DNA from: Kudoa neothunni
Lineage: Eukaryota; Animalia; Cnidaria
NCBI GenBank assembly: GCA_964304625.1
Contig: OZ199838.1
Span: forward strand, 12,343,843-12,407,842
DNA length: 64,000 nt
Reading direction: 5' to 3'
This document shows, piece by piece, positions 11,883-25,157 of this stretch (position 1 is its first letter; each line of letters begins with the position of its first letter). The translations under genes and the position numbers were made by a program. Below the pieces are notes generated by a model. The model was not told the DNA's origin. It saw nothing but the letters and a program-made list of their open reading frames with translations, and made no database searches.

Positions 11883-13787
11883 ATGGAAAATCAGCGATTT
11901 CGTCTGCATGACAGATTAGGCTTTAAAGTGTTTTGTAGCAGCTCGCAAAATTTACTAGAAGAGAAAGATGTGATAATTGAGGAGTTGATTACTACTGCAG
12001 ATAATGTAAAATAATGACCATTTGATTAGAATAATTACGGGTTTTAAGCGTAATCGGGGTTCTGGTAAAGTCGAAATCAATAGCAGCATTTATCTACAGT
12101 CGTACACAACTGAGGATGGTAATGATGTGTATCCATTGGGTCGGGGTACATTTGTAGCAAATCGATTCGGTTATTATTTCTACGATAAATTTACCAACGT
12201 AATTGAGTTGATTGTTGAATTGACGATAGAATGCATCCAATTTAGCAAGAAATTCTTTTCATATCACTTGATAATAATTTACAGTTCGAACGAACAACGT
12301 AGATTGAATTTGTGTAGTATTGATTTTTATGATGAGTAGAAACACCCGGCTGAAAATCACCCTCAACCTTCTAAATAATATACAAAGACATTTCATAATT
12401 AATCTAACTGCATCAATTAATGAAGATGTAGAGTTTTGGGTGGTTGCACATCACCAGCTAAATTGTTTTATTTAGATTTTTTATATTATTGAAGATTTAT
12501 ATAATAATTATAAACATTTTGTGATTGAGAAAAAAGAGATCCTCGATAAACCATTAGATTTATGCGTATGTACTTTGTTGATATGGAAAATAAGTCCAAT
12601 TAAATGTTTACTAATAGGCCGGAATAGGAAGCATTGAAAACGCCAAACTTCAACATTATTGTGCATCCAATGCCAATATTGACAATGTAATTGTAGGTTA
12701 GTTACTATTGTGGATATAAATCTTATTTTTAGGCATTTAAAGATGTGTCCACTCTTATTCGAGATGTATAGCTTCTGTATTTTTAGTAGGGATTTGATTC
12801 GGTGGAATAGGCTAACGAAGTTTTAACACTGGTGAAAACCATTGCTTCCAAATATCGAGTCAATCATTTGGATGATGTATATAACACTAAATTAAAACTA
12901 TGTCGTTGTAAAATCACATGCTTATATAATTATGTTTGTAGGTGGAACAATTTCGATCTACTCTTATGAAACTCGGGTTCACCACTCGAAATCTCAAAGA
13001 TCCAACCAACAATCAATCCTTGTCAAATATTTCCAAGTAAACCCCACAACTTGGGTCAAAATCTATTCATCTATATAAAACCACAAAAATTTGTAGAAAA
13101 ACTGCTTTCAATGAAGATTTTACCAGTCTGCTTGTTTCTTACGTTAAAGTATACAGTTATTGAGCAATGGCATTTTTATTAATAGACAAAATTTAATTTA
13201 GAGCAAGAATGCTATTGTTACATTGATCGATGCGTTTTGTGTAATCAATCGTATGCTGATTGACAAGGTTATTTTTTGTGTTCATAGCGATGTTAATCAT
13301 ATTTAGGTGGTTAGTCCAAGCGATTTTTTGGCCCATTGTTTACACCACTATAGCAATCATGCTGAAATCAAGTACCAATCAATAATTATCTTTTGAAAAA
13401 TAATATATTTGTTATAATGAGTTTTCGTGTGTAGTGTGATTCTACTCACGAAAAAAATGTATTTTTTAATCACCAAACCAATGGACGAGTTTTGGCGGGA
13501 AATTGAAAATATCGTAATATTATGTATTTTGTGACTGTATACTTAACTGATTATTACATGTGAAGCTATCTCAGAATACCAATATCACTTCCCACCAGTT
13601 AAGCCAATTTACAGGGTTATCATTATTCGTATCAAAACAAATGTATACAGTTGATTGGCAGATACATGAAAACAATTTTATGCGACTTAGATTGCTCTAT
13701 TTTGAAGATACTGGCCATGTTTGTCGTGATCAAACTATTGAAAATTTATATTTTTATAAAAATTTGTTTTTGAGTGATTCTTGTTGA
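11883..13787 (+). CDS. VPS36: ESCRT-II subunit VPS36, multi-exon
   Basis: Spliced product contains AGIGSIE..NIDNAFKDVSTLIRDANEVLTL, EQFRSTLMKLG, TLIDAFCVINR, VVSPSDF and C-terminal LLYFEDTGHVCRDQTIENLYFYKNLF; GLUE-like N-terminus. Confidence 0.88.
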
Positions 13788-14271
13788 TGTATGAATTTTT
13801 ACGGCGCGGTACGATCTTAGGCGGCTAGTTTTAACTCACTTTCATGACAACTTTTAACAACTGATTAATGGCATCACATTCCGATAACGATGAATTGATC
13901 AAAAAATATAATTTCATTATTAATTTCAACGCAATCCTTAAATTATCATCACTTGAGCTAACTGTTGAAGATATTATTCGCGATAAAACTATTGAACATT
14001 TATATTTCTACAACAATTTACTTTTGAGTGACTCTTGCTCATGTATGAATTTTTACGGCGCGGTACGATCTTAGGCGGATACTTTTAACTCACTTTTATC
14101 GGCCAATACACACACACTTTCATGTTAACTTTTAACAACTGATTAATGACATCACATTCCGATAACGATGAATTGATCAAAAAATATAGTTCCATTATTA
14201 ATTCCAACGCAATTCTTGAATCATCATCACTTGAGTTAACTGTTGAAGATATTGTTCGTGATAAAACTATT
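13725..14271 (+). repeat. Tandem duplication (254/278-bp units) of the VPS36 3' end, the spacer and the BORA 5' end
   Basis: Two diverged copies bounded by CG(T/C)GAT(C/A)AAACTATT at 13725, 13979 and 14257. Confidence 0.92.
13868..14074 (+). pseudogene. Chimeric BORA(N-term)-VPS36(C-term) 68-aa ORF, function unknown
   Basis: MASHSDNDELIKKY..EDIIRDKTI fused in frame to EHLYFYNNLLLSDSC; the former stop TGA is now TCA. Confidence 0.6.
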
Positions 14272-16578
14272 CTTGATCGAATCGATGTGATACCCAATCC
14301 ATTTGAAAGCAAAGAAAACACCAGAATCAATTATCCACCTTTCGAAGAGATGTTTCATTCGGCCAAGAAAAAATCAACAACAATGACACCCAACAATCTC
14401 AGCCAAAATCCCAACTCGTCTAAAAATAGTTCGTTGTACTCGAATAGTTTAAATAAGGTCATCAATTATAATGAAGAATGATTGTGAAATTAGATTTTAG
14501 TCTACCCACAACGATTCCAATACTCATTTCAGATGGTCTATTGATCAGATTGCTCGACTTGTATATTTTTAGTAGAGTTGGCAACTCAATTTAACCGTGT
14601 TATTTAGTTGCCTGCTGAAATCGAATACAAACTACAAGACGATACGTTGACTATTTTCAGGTGGATGATTGTGTGGAGTTGTTGATTGATTTTCTGTGAT
14701 GGTAGGCCACACGATGAGGAAACTCAACATAAAATCGATGAAGTATTTTGTGGTTAATGTTGGACGACGGTGTGTTGAATGATGATAGTATTTTAGCAAC
14801 ACTGTACTGCCTTCTCCATACACCCCCGACTCGAAAAAAATATCTCCTGCTTCGATTCTGTCAAGACTGGACGACTTTTTTACTGTTGAACCTTCACCCA
14901 CCGAACTCTACTTATCACATGGCACCAATGGGAAATTTCTTCACAATAAACATCTTTACAATGTGGCCGAGAGTAAACTCCAGCTTATCTTATTTGACCG
15001 GGGGCTTTTTATTTTTAACTGTTATGGTAATTACTCAGGCACCAATCTCAATCCACCCACGTTAAGTGAACCAAATTCCTCGCGCTCGTTCAAAGACTAC
15101 AGATTCCACAATGGAGGAACTAATAAAAATTTAGTTGAAAGTAACCCAAGTTCCAGGTGCTAGTTTGTAAATTGGAGTTTGCATTAGTTTCATGCCAAAC
15201 CGATGTTTCTATCCATCCTGATATTGATATATCAAAGTTTTTAGGTTGTTTTTCTCTTATTATTGAAAGTTATAAGTTGATTCGACTTTAATGTGATTGA
15301 ACGTAGGAGAGATGCTATTGGTAAGACAAGACAGCTGCTTGATACACAATTCCAGCTCCAAACTCTACGACTCCAATGAAACCCCCAGAAAACATGATAT
15401 CACACACGAGTATTTTTTACTTGATATCATACAAATGATTCTACATAATATAGGACTACTAGTTGCCAAAGTGTCAACACAAATACACACTCCACTAACA
15501 AACATGGCTTTTCCGACATCAAATTCATTCAAAATAGCACCGCACATGATGCACTTGATGCATTCCAACAACTCGATCTTTCCTCAAATGGATCAACGTT
15601 ACAAGTCGCTGCCAACATTGGAGATGGAGACAATGAAACAATCTCCAAACGTAAAAACCTCCATGTCACTTTCAAACAAGACACACATCTCTCACCATCT
15701 CCGAATTACGAACACCAACATAATACTACAAACTCTCTGCCAAATCCCTTGCAAAATATCGCTTCCTTGTCCGCTATCGGTAACCACAATAATACTCTCC
15801 ATGATCACTATTCACTTAACACACCTCCGATCACTTTCCGTGTCTGTCAACCTCATTACCACGATACACCATTTGTATGTAATAACAAACAACAACCATC
15901 TACTCCTACTCTCGCTACTACTCCAATTCATACTCCCATTCGTAACACTACTTCTAAAAAAACATACGAACCTTCTCCACGTAATGATTTCCATTCTTCG
16001 TTTGTCGACCCCAACAACAATATTCAATTTGCCTCGCACATCCACTTTAATTCCAATCTGTCCTCACCGTCTTGGAATTTGTCTAAATGTAACGAATCCT
16101 ATTTCAATTCGGTCGAGAAACCCAAAAAAGGAAGTCCTTTGACTGATTTGGATGATCTCGACAAATGCTTTGGCTCCTTAGACACTTCTCCCATCAAACC
16201 CTTTTGTAGTTTATTTCCTATTTTAGGTATGGTGTATGAAATTGGCGTTTAGATGTTTTCAACTCAACTACTACCGATATGAATGTTGATGATGACAACG
16301 ATGATGGTTGTGTGAATAAATACAATCAAAATGTAATGAGTTTAAGGGGTGCTTGTTCTCCAACCGCAGCAACAGTAGCAGCCCCATCCAATTTAATAAA
16401 AAACTCCCATAGTGATCAAAGTGGCGAAATCGGACATAGTGCAAATAGTGCCAGCACTCTTGAAAGCGGCTACTCTTCTAACGCTGCCTCCGTAACCGCC
16501 CATTCCAATCATAACAACATAACCAACCTCTGCGGGCATGCACACTCCAGCTGTAGGTGTCGCGAGTTTTGTGATTGA
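14146..16578 (+). CDS. BORA: Protein aurora borealis (Bora), multi-exon
   Basis: Bora motifs in correct order: PNPFES, FRWSIDQIARL|LPAEIE, YFSNTVLPSPYTP, SCQTDVSIHPDIDISKFLG, SPI, and ESGYSS (like the DSGYNT degron). Confidence 0.82.
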
Positions 16579-17037
16579 TCAAATCGTATTACTTGTATGA
16601 CGTTACATTACGAATTAGAAACAAACTTTTTTTGTATATATTTTCGATTGTTAATCGTTTCACATTAAATCTCGCCTATACCAAAGCATTTTACTTTGTA
16701 TGTCACTCTCTTTCGGGTTTTCTGTTTCAAATTTTTCTATATAATTAAACATTTAATCGACGAATCCAACCTCAAAAATTGTTAAATTCCAAGCTAATTC
16801 CGAGTCATACTAAGTTGGGTGCATGCTTACTAAGATTTTGTTTCTACATGAATTGCATTATTATAGATTTTACAAAAAAATATATTATAATTATTTTATA
16901 AATTATTGGCTCGTTTAATCTGGAAAACTAAGAGTTTAAAAGCTAGTTTGTTGTATGTCAAAATAAAATATACTGATTCACTTTTGTTTTCATGATTTAA
17001 TTCTCATTTATAAACTGAAAAACTATTTTCTATGGGT

Positions 17038-17600
17038 TTTAACCGTCAAATGAATTTGGGGTAAATTTTACCCCAACAAGAAGTTTTTAGTTGTATACGT
17101 GATTTCTGTTCTCTTCCTAGAACACGAGTCTTTTTTTCTAACCTTCTAAAAAGGCGAGAAATATATGATTTTGAAATATTATGAGTAAAAATATAAAATC
17201 AGATAAATTATAACAAATTCACACCAATGAATTTTTGGGTAAAAAAATTACCACCGATTTTTTTCTCGTTAATTAATAGCTAAAATAATAATTATTATAT
17301 AAATCAAATTTTATGTTCTTCTGATGGATAAATATGAAGTTATACGATTATTACTAATACCTGCTTTCACGTGATTATTTTTTAATTTTATCATTGCGAT
17401 AATGGAGATGGTTGTCTACTCGTTCCAAACGAACTACCCATAAACAAGCTGATTACATCTGATTTCCCTAGTTGTTCGTTGGCACGAGAGTATTTCGTTA
17501 AATCGACCATCTAATCTATATTTTTTATACACGTTTCTCAGCAATTAGGTCTTTATGAATTCGGATTCATCATGATATTTTTCAAATTTTTGTAACTATC
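17038..17600 (-). mobile_element. piggyBac-like terminus remnant
   Basis: TTAA-CCGTC...GGGGTAAATTTTACCCC end, homologous to the reverse complement of 34350-34561. Confidence 0.5.
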
Positions 17601-17949
17601 AAAGGGAACAAGATATTTTTATTATTATCATTAAAAAGTGATAAAAGTCTGGAAATTCGGCACTAGTGTTCGACATTAATTATCTAGGTGTAAAGATTGG
17701 CTAGATATTAACTAGAATGTTATAAACTTAAACATTACTTGGTAAATATCTATGTGAGGAGTTAAAGAAGTATTCATCGATTTAATATTTCCAATAGTTT
17801 ACTTTTAATATTCTTTTACAATACATAATTTGATACCTCAATGTATAGGAATGAAAATATCGATAAGTAAAAGATAAATAACACCAGTTTTAATGTTTTT
17901 AGGGTAACTAATATTAGATATATAATATGTCGCGCATAAAAATTATTTT

Positions 17950-19893
17950 ATGTTTACTGCGATGCAGCTTTGTCATCAAAACAAAAAAAGTTGTCTATGT
18001 GTAAATTCTAAATGAGTTGACAGAAGATAAGTTAAATATGGCATATCCAGCCAAAAGAAAAATCTGATAACAATCATTATAATTCTTACTATTGTGTTTA
18101 ACATAACTGAAACCACGGACTACGTAATGACACATTATGCTATAATATACTATTAATATTGTAGTTTGGGATGTGCATCTTGATAATGGATTCATGGGTC
18201 GATTATTATTATTATTATTACAGTTTTGATACTGAAGGAAATTATCGAATCGGCCATGTTAAGAACTGTAAACGCTAGATTATAGTTCATTTTCTGGTAA
18301 AATTGACGCCAGATATTATTAGTAATTCCCCAAGAGGAGCAGCTCCCTGATCCACACGACTTGAATGAACTTCTATATCAGAGTATTATTCATAATGATA
18401 TCATCTCGTCAACCAGAGACATTTTGGAAACCTTTCACATTACAGTAGTAGTGACAGCAACCTATCCATATTATAGGTCTGGTTAGTTTGCGACTTATAA
18501 TATCTAACGATTTATTTAGGTCCAGTTCACGTGAATATGTGGATCAATTTGTTACGGAGGTTAAAAATTTTTGTGAACAATTCGCAAACCGCAATTATGT
18601 GCAGTGTTGTGTTATATTAGCAGAGGAACCAATCATGAATTCACTTTCCCATTTTTTTAGGGCAAACTACAATTTTCACGCAGATGTGTTTGAATGTTAT
18701 TTATTGCCAGTTGCTAATATTTCTACATAAAAAATTAATGCAAGGAATATTATCAGCTCGAAAGATGATGAAATAATACTATGTTACATCTCCGAAATTA
18801 AATTCGTAAGAAAATTATCAAGAGAAATAATGGAAACATACTATTACAACTTTGGACCTGGTGCTTTGGCTATTTTTGCCAACCGTCCTTATTGCAGTAG
18901 GTTAGCCGTTGTTAGTAAACTCATAATTTTCCATCATATAAAGGTAGCTGTTATTTTATATTAAATAATTTTTTATTATAATTATAGAAACACAACCAAC
19001 ATTTGGAGGTTCATAATGAGATTGTAGAGGAGCAACACCCATGCTTATCTTCAACTCACATAATTTTTGAAATTTCTCAGCGAGATAAAGATAACATATG
19101 CTTAAAAGGCTACCTCGAAAAGAATAATTTTTTAACGAGATATAGATTGACTGGAAACTATAATTTTGAAGACTGCTTGCATATTGTCAAATCTATTTTA
19201 ATGGAAAATATTGAGTGTGATGATATTAAACTATGTTAGTTTAAATTTGACCGAGAAATATTTGCGAAACCAGACCACTCTGTTTTCCATGTAGGAAATA
19301 TTTTTTTCATGAATGCTAAAGTTATCGATCATAATTATTATGCTGGCTTAGATATTTGCCGCCTTATACGTCGAACATTTCCCAGAAAAAAAGATGAAAG
19401 TGGCCGAGATAAAACATAATTTTAAAATATTGTTAGATAAAAGTAAAAAAGTAGTTTTATGATTTTTATCGAAATTGATAAAATAACTCAGCGTCCGTCC
19501 ATCTGAGGAAAAGAAACTTCTCAAATATATCTTTGTCGCGTCATTTATCGAATTATTTGATCAGTTATTTGTCGACAAATTTGGAATAAATCTAGGGTTT
19601 ATATTAAATATCTACACATTATAAAAATATTTAACCTCTATTAGATGAGTAATGAATATGAAGAATCTCACGGTGAAATCTTTTTCGACCCTAGGATACA
19701 AAAATTAAGACCTAAAATAAACGTATCTCCCATTAGACCTCTACCATGGTAATTGTATATTACTTAATAAGTTTATATATACTCATATAACTATTTTAAG
19801 ATTAAATTAAAGAGAGCCAAGCGAACAAACTTCATAGGATTATCATTTCCTTACCTAAGTCAATTATTGTGTACATTTCTAATTCGACTATGA
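17950..19893 (+). CDS. Uncharacterised multi-exon gene, possibly secreted or membrane-anchored
   Basis: Chain of short GT-AG introns linking open exons (EIIESAMLRT|ILLVIPQEEQ..., ORFs 18488 and 19003), hydrophobic N-terminal LITIIIILTIVF and C-terminal FIGLSFPYLSQLLCTFLIRL*; start uncertain. Confidence 0.5.
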
Positions 19894-21649
19894 ATCTTAA
19901 TAATCTTTCTCAATTAAACTAATCTTATTGGTACTGACTGAGGTATTGCAAGATTCTAAATTGACTATTTTGTTTCTACGTTGATGTGTTTTTAGTTATT
20001 TATTTTGAAAATTCTCCTATTCCTAGATTAAATGCATTCCTATCTGAAACTAAAATTTCTAGTTTGTCGACTAAAGATTTAAGCGTAAAATAAGACTTAG
20101 TTTTTCTGATTTCATTTAATGTTTGATGTATTATTTCCTGAGCTTCAAATATTTATTACACATTTTATATTCACCCCTTAAAATCCAAATTTTTGATTCA
20201 AGCGAAAACGCTGGCCATGAAAAGCAATATTTATTTTTAAATATAACCCACAATGAATTAATGATGATTAATCTGTCTAATCATTCAATCTGTTTTCGCT
20301 GTTGCGCATGGAAGTGATTTTGGCCCGATAAGCAACATTCAGAAAACGCTAGTTTAGACTATATCTAATTATTTCTGCCCCAAGAGCGAGGCGGCGCGCC
20401 AAAAATAATTTGATATAGCGGATTATAAAAACTTAAAAATTATAAACAGCTTTTTAGTAAGAGCCAATGAGATTAAAATTTTACAGTGCCAATAGGCTCT
20501 GCCTTTATTTAATTAGAATAACAAAAAAACATTATTAAGATTATTTGGGCGAAAAATAATTCGCAATTTTTGTTTTAATCATATTTATTGATACAATATT
20601 AATATCCTTTTACAATGGGATACGATTTGGTGAATGGCCAGTTCTTAAAAATTATAAATACTATTTTATTTCTTATTCGTTTTTTAACGAAATATGAAAA
20701 ATTTTTTTTATATTTTAATCGTACAATCTTTATTTATGTGCGTCTATAAAATTCTTTAATTGGCAACGAACATTTTCTTGAAATAAAATTTATTCTATTT
20801 CCATTTCAATGGAAATGATCATTTTTTGATAGATATCTCAAAAAAACTTTTCCTATTCGTTCAAAAATTCAACCGTCTGGATTAAAATTTTTCCCTCATT
20901 TCCAACAATAAATTAATCTACATGGTTTTACCGAAAAAAGTGTATATTCCTGGTAGTCACGTGATATAACAGATTGGAAATTTCATCGTTTAATTAAAAA
21001 ATATTTTTAAGACTTTTATCTTTTTCCAATCACAAAAATATTATAAAAGGGTTCACCCAATATAAACTTTGAATACGTCGTATTGATGAAAGTGCGTATT
21101 ATCGGTTTCCCATTGTATCAGTCCTAACCTATAGTACGCAATTTTTTTACGGCCCCGAGGGGATTACATACTACCGGTTCCCTACTTTAATATTAAAAAT
21201 GGTCGAATAATTTGAAAGATATCTCTGCGTTCTTATTGGAGTCTAATAGATTTTGCGTTAATGACTTTAAAAAAATAACATGGGTTTCGTTTACTCCGAT
21301 AATTAAGAAATAACATTGACAAATTTTGTGACCATTTTTTATTTTTATGAACTTACGGAAAAATTTTCATAAATATTTTCCGGGCATGCGCGAAAATACT
21401 AGTAAAAGCAAGTTTCGTATCAAAATAGCATTATGATTTGAAATTATTGTAATTTTTAATCCTATTTTTTAGAAATTGATTCCAGATAAAATTTAGAATA
21501 ATATTTGTCATTGTTTTATGATAGCAATTTGATATTTTATTTTTAAAATGGTATTTCCTGGAATTTTATGAGTTTCGTTGATAAAAATATTTCGAGCTAC
21601 CTTTTAATAGTTCTTACCAGATGAATATTATTTATTTACACCACACTTT

Positions 21650-22052
21650 TTAGTTATATCGTTAATAATAGTCCCATTTAATATCATAAAACGTAACAAC
21701 GTGGTTATTGTCACACTTTTCTTGAACAAAAAGATATTTGACAATAGTGAAATGATACGACTTCCGTTTCTAGCACGTTTTTCACATCTCCAATATTTAT
21801 TTAGATTAGATTTGTGATCATTACATAAAATTAACCAGTATACAAGAATTTATTCCCCTCTATCTGTGCTCTTATAATGATATAACATTGTTTTGTGTTT
21901 TTTATTTCCAATTAAAAAGCAAAATATCATTTTATGACAAAAAGCAATCACAATCTTAATATGAAATATAACAAACCAAATACCCTAAAACAGCTTTATA
22001 ATATCTTGATGCACGTGCGCATTAGGGTTTCGGCGGGTTGTGGCCATGTCAT
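21650..22052 (-). mobile_element. Degenerate FLYWCH-MULE 5' fragment, homolog of 420-900
   Basis: Reverse-complement similarity to 420-800 over several hundred bp, including the YWRCEKRARNGSR..CDNNH frame. Confidence 0.7.
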
Positions 22053-22478
22053 ATCTTCCATTTAAATGTAAGGATATAGCAAATGAAATAATCAAACACC
22101 CTTTCTGTTAGTAAAACAAAGATTTTCCATTCATATTATGGATGTAATCATTGCTTGCTTTTTTTACTAGCTTATTAGGCGGATTTATTCATTGTGATTG
22201 GGACAATATTAGAAAATTAATTATGAAATTCTATCTATTTTTAAAACATCGATACAAGCCTTAGGTCGCATTTTCCATCTGCCATTCTTTTAAACAGTGT
22301 TATTTCTGTTAGCGATAACTCCAAAAGTAATTAATTTGATTTTTTTAAACCATTTAGCACATCAAATGAAATGTTTTCAATAAATGAACTTTCAGAACGT
22401 GAGTGAATACATCCCTCTAAAATTTACAATTTTGTAGCACTTTATGAAGATTAATTGTTCAGGATCAGTATTATATTT

Positions 22479-24945
22479 GATAGTGTCTCCTGCCACAGCA
22501 TTGGTGCATGCGTGGAGGATTAAAGGATTATTGCTATTTCTTTCATTTTGCGCCTTATGCTGCGAATAATAAAATAAAAATCTCTAATACCAAAACAATA
22601 TATTTTTTCATGTACGTTGAGTACACCACTTTGCAATTGTAATTAATAAATCGTGTATTGGTGATATTACCACCTCAGACGATTTTATACTACTATTTTT
22701 GTAAAATTAAAAGTTTGGAGGTTTTAGTAAGCTTTTAAATTGGGCTCGAAATATCTATTTAATAAATATTCTATCAAAATTCACGCGAGTTCTTAATTAA
22801 TTGAGTGCATTGATATGGCGGAAAACACATATAGATTCTTTCACAGTCGATTTTATTCATGTTTTGAAATGAAACAATGTCTCGATGACTTTATTAAAGT
22901 ATTAGATCAGCGAAACGTTATATTTAAAAAAAATTAGAGTTCTGGATTTACATAAAGAATGATAGCACACAGGATGAAAACAAAATGTTAATTTACGGAT
23001 ATATTAAATATATGTCCCCATGGAGATATAAACTCTAAAAGAAAATATTTTAAAGATTCCCAATCATCATTGATGAAAGGTTGTCCAGCATTCAGTGTCA
23101 TATCTTTTCGGGATGAGTCACTTAGTGTACTTAAATATGACATTACCCATATTCATCCCCAATATGATGTAAGTTATTACAAATGTAATCAAAATGTGTC
23201 TCAAGAACTAAAACGAACTTTGTCACAATGTCTCATTTGGAGTGCAAACAATAAACGCGTGAAAGAAACTCTTAAGTTCCATCTCAATATTCCGTTTGGT
23301 TTGAACAATGTACAATGGTGGATTATTACTTGATGTCTGTATAAATAAAAATACACAAGAAATAAACGTTTTATGTTTCGGTATCCAAAATATGAAAAAA
23401 TTATATGTTGGTTACGGTGAAATTTTACATATTGATGCCACCTACAAAGTTAATAAAACGAGATACCCATTATACCATTTCACTATTGTTGATTCGTATG
23501 GGCGTACACACACGTCCTGTTTTTTTGCATTTGTAAAAGACGAACCCCAACATTCCATTGATACGGTTATGTCTTCGCTTTCTAGACTAATGAATGAAGT
23601 GACTGTCACAGAAGTGGTTTATGTTGATACGGATTCCACAGAAATGAACTCGATAAAGAAAGTCCTACCTAATGTCAGAATGTTATTGTGTTCCTATCAC
23701 GTTGAAAATTCGATGATTAGAAAAATTAAATCGCTTGGATATAACCAAGTTACAACTAAAAAATTAAACTGCTTAAAAAAAAGATCATTTATTGGAAAAC
23801 TTGAGGTGAATTTCTTTGTTACGCACAAGAAATCAAGGAAATAAGTGATCCTTATTTCTCGTACCTGGTTGAAAGATGGTTGAAAAATCCGGAGACGTGG
23901 GCCCAATGTTTGAGGAAAACCGCATTAACTTTTGGTTCCAACGCAAATAATAGAGTCTAACAGGGTCGAGGTAAACTAAAAAATTGCTTTTCAAAATCTT
24001 ATTCGTTCCCGGTCCAAATTAATGAGATTCTGCGGTATGTACGCGAATTAGAAAGTGAATTGTACCATCTAACAAAAATAACTATCCATGCAAACTTTCA
24101 ATATATCAGATGACCGAATATGTAATAACTTTTAAGTTGTAACTCACTATACGGTATGGAAAAAATTATGGACGATTATAAATCTGAGGAGTTTATCACA
24201 ATGTGTGAACTTAATTTCAATTATTTTGTCCATCAGTTGTCTAACTCAGCTATAGTTACTAAGACTAACGGATCATTGGTTTGTGACTGACCCTTTTTCT
24301 ATCAACATAAATTACCGTGTGCTCATCTATTAAATTTGATTAAAATACATATCATAAAAATTGATTAACTTATTATTCCACGATGGGCCCCTACAAGTTT
24401 TCCTCTCCAACTCCAAGCTTCGTTGGACACCTCTTCAAAACAAGACATTGATACAGTGAAAGATACTTCATCTAATACAATTATTAATGCTGAAGAACTG
24501 AATAAATCGATTCCTGTTCCTGAGGAATGTGAGACAACCGAAAAAATAACATTAAAAACAACAAAGAACTGGGGGACAAACTGTTACATACATTAAATGC
24601 ACATGGAGATAATGAGTATTCCTGTTTATTCGAAGACATTACCTCATTATTGAAAAAATATGAAATAAACAGAATGTATTTTTATGAAAATGCTACTGAA
24701 GACGTTGGAGGATCGTCTCATTTTATCGTTAATGAAGTTAAAACCAAGGTAGACCCAAGGAAAAAACAAATTATGTGAAACTTAAAAAATAATTTTATTA
24801 ATGATTAAATACGCATGAAAAACTATATTGTCTTGGTATTAGTGATTTTTGTTTTCTTATTCGCAACATAAGGCGCAAAATGAAAAAAGTGGCAATAATC
24901 CTTTAATACCCTGCGCATACATCAACGTGTGGCGGGAGATTTATC
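22479..24945 (+). mobile_element. Full-length Mutator (MULE, SWIM-type) transposon with dead transposase
   Basis: About 135-bp TIRs starting GATA; perfect 9-bp TSD ATTATATTT at 22470-22478 and 24946-24954; motifs LHIDATYKVN, YVDTD, LLCSYHV, LPCAH. Confidence 0.93.
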
Positions 24946-25157
24946 ATTATATTTTTTGGTCTATCAAAATTTTGTCGCATCTTCCGACTTTTAAATATAT
25001 TACATTTTCTCAGCGCTGCTTAAAAAGTTTTTGTATTATATCAAACATTAAAAACATCTTAAGATAACCGCAAAAATTTATGGGTCGAATTGCGCGCAAT
25101 AGAACCGAGTCATATTTTGGTTAATAAGTAAACAAAATAGCTACACATCAAATCAAT

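Noticed and set aside
15297-16142. 281-aa ORF as a separate gene
   Set aside because: Only the first part is in the BORA frame; after a short intron the likely coding frame shifts to that of ORF 15749
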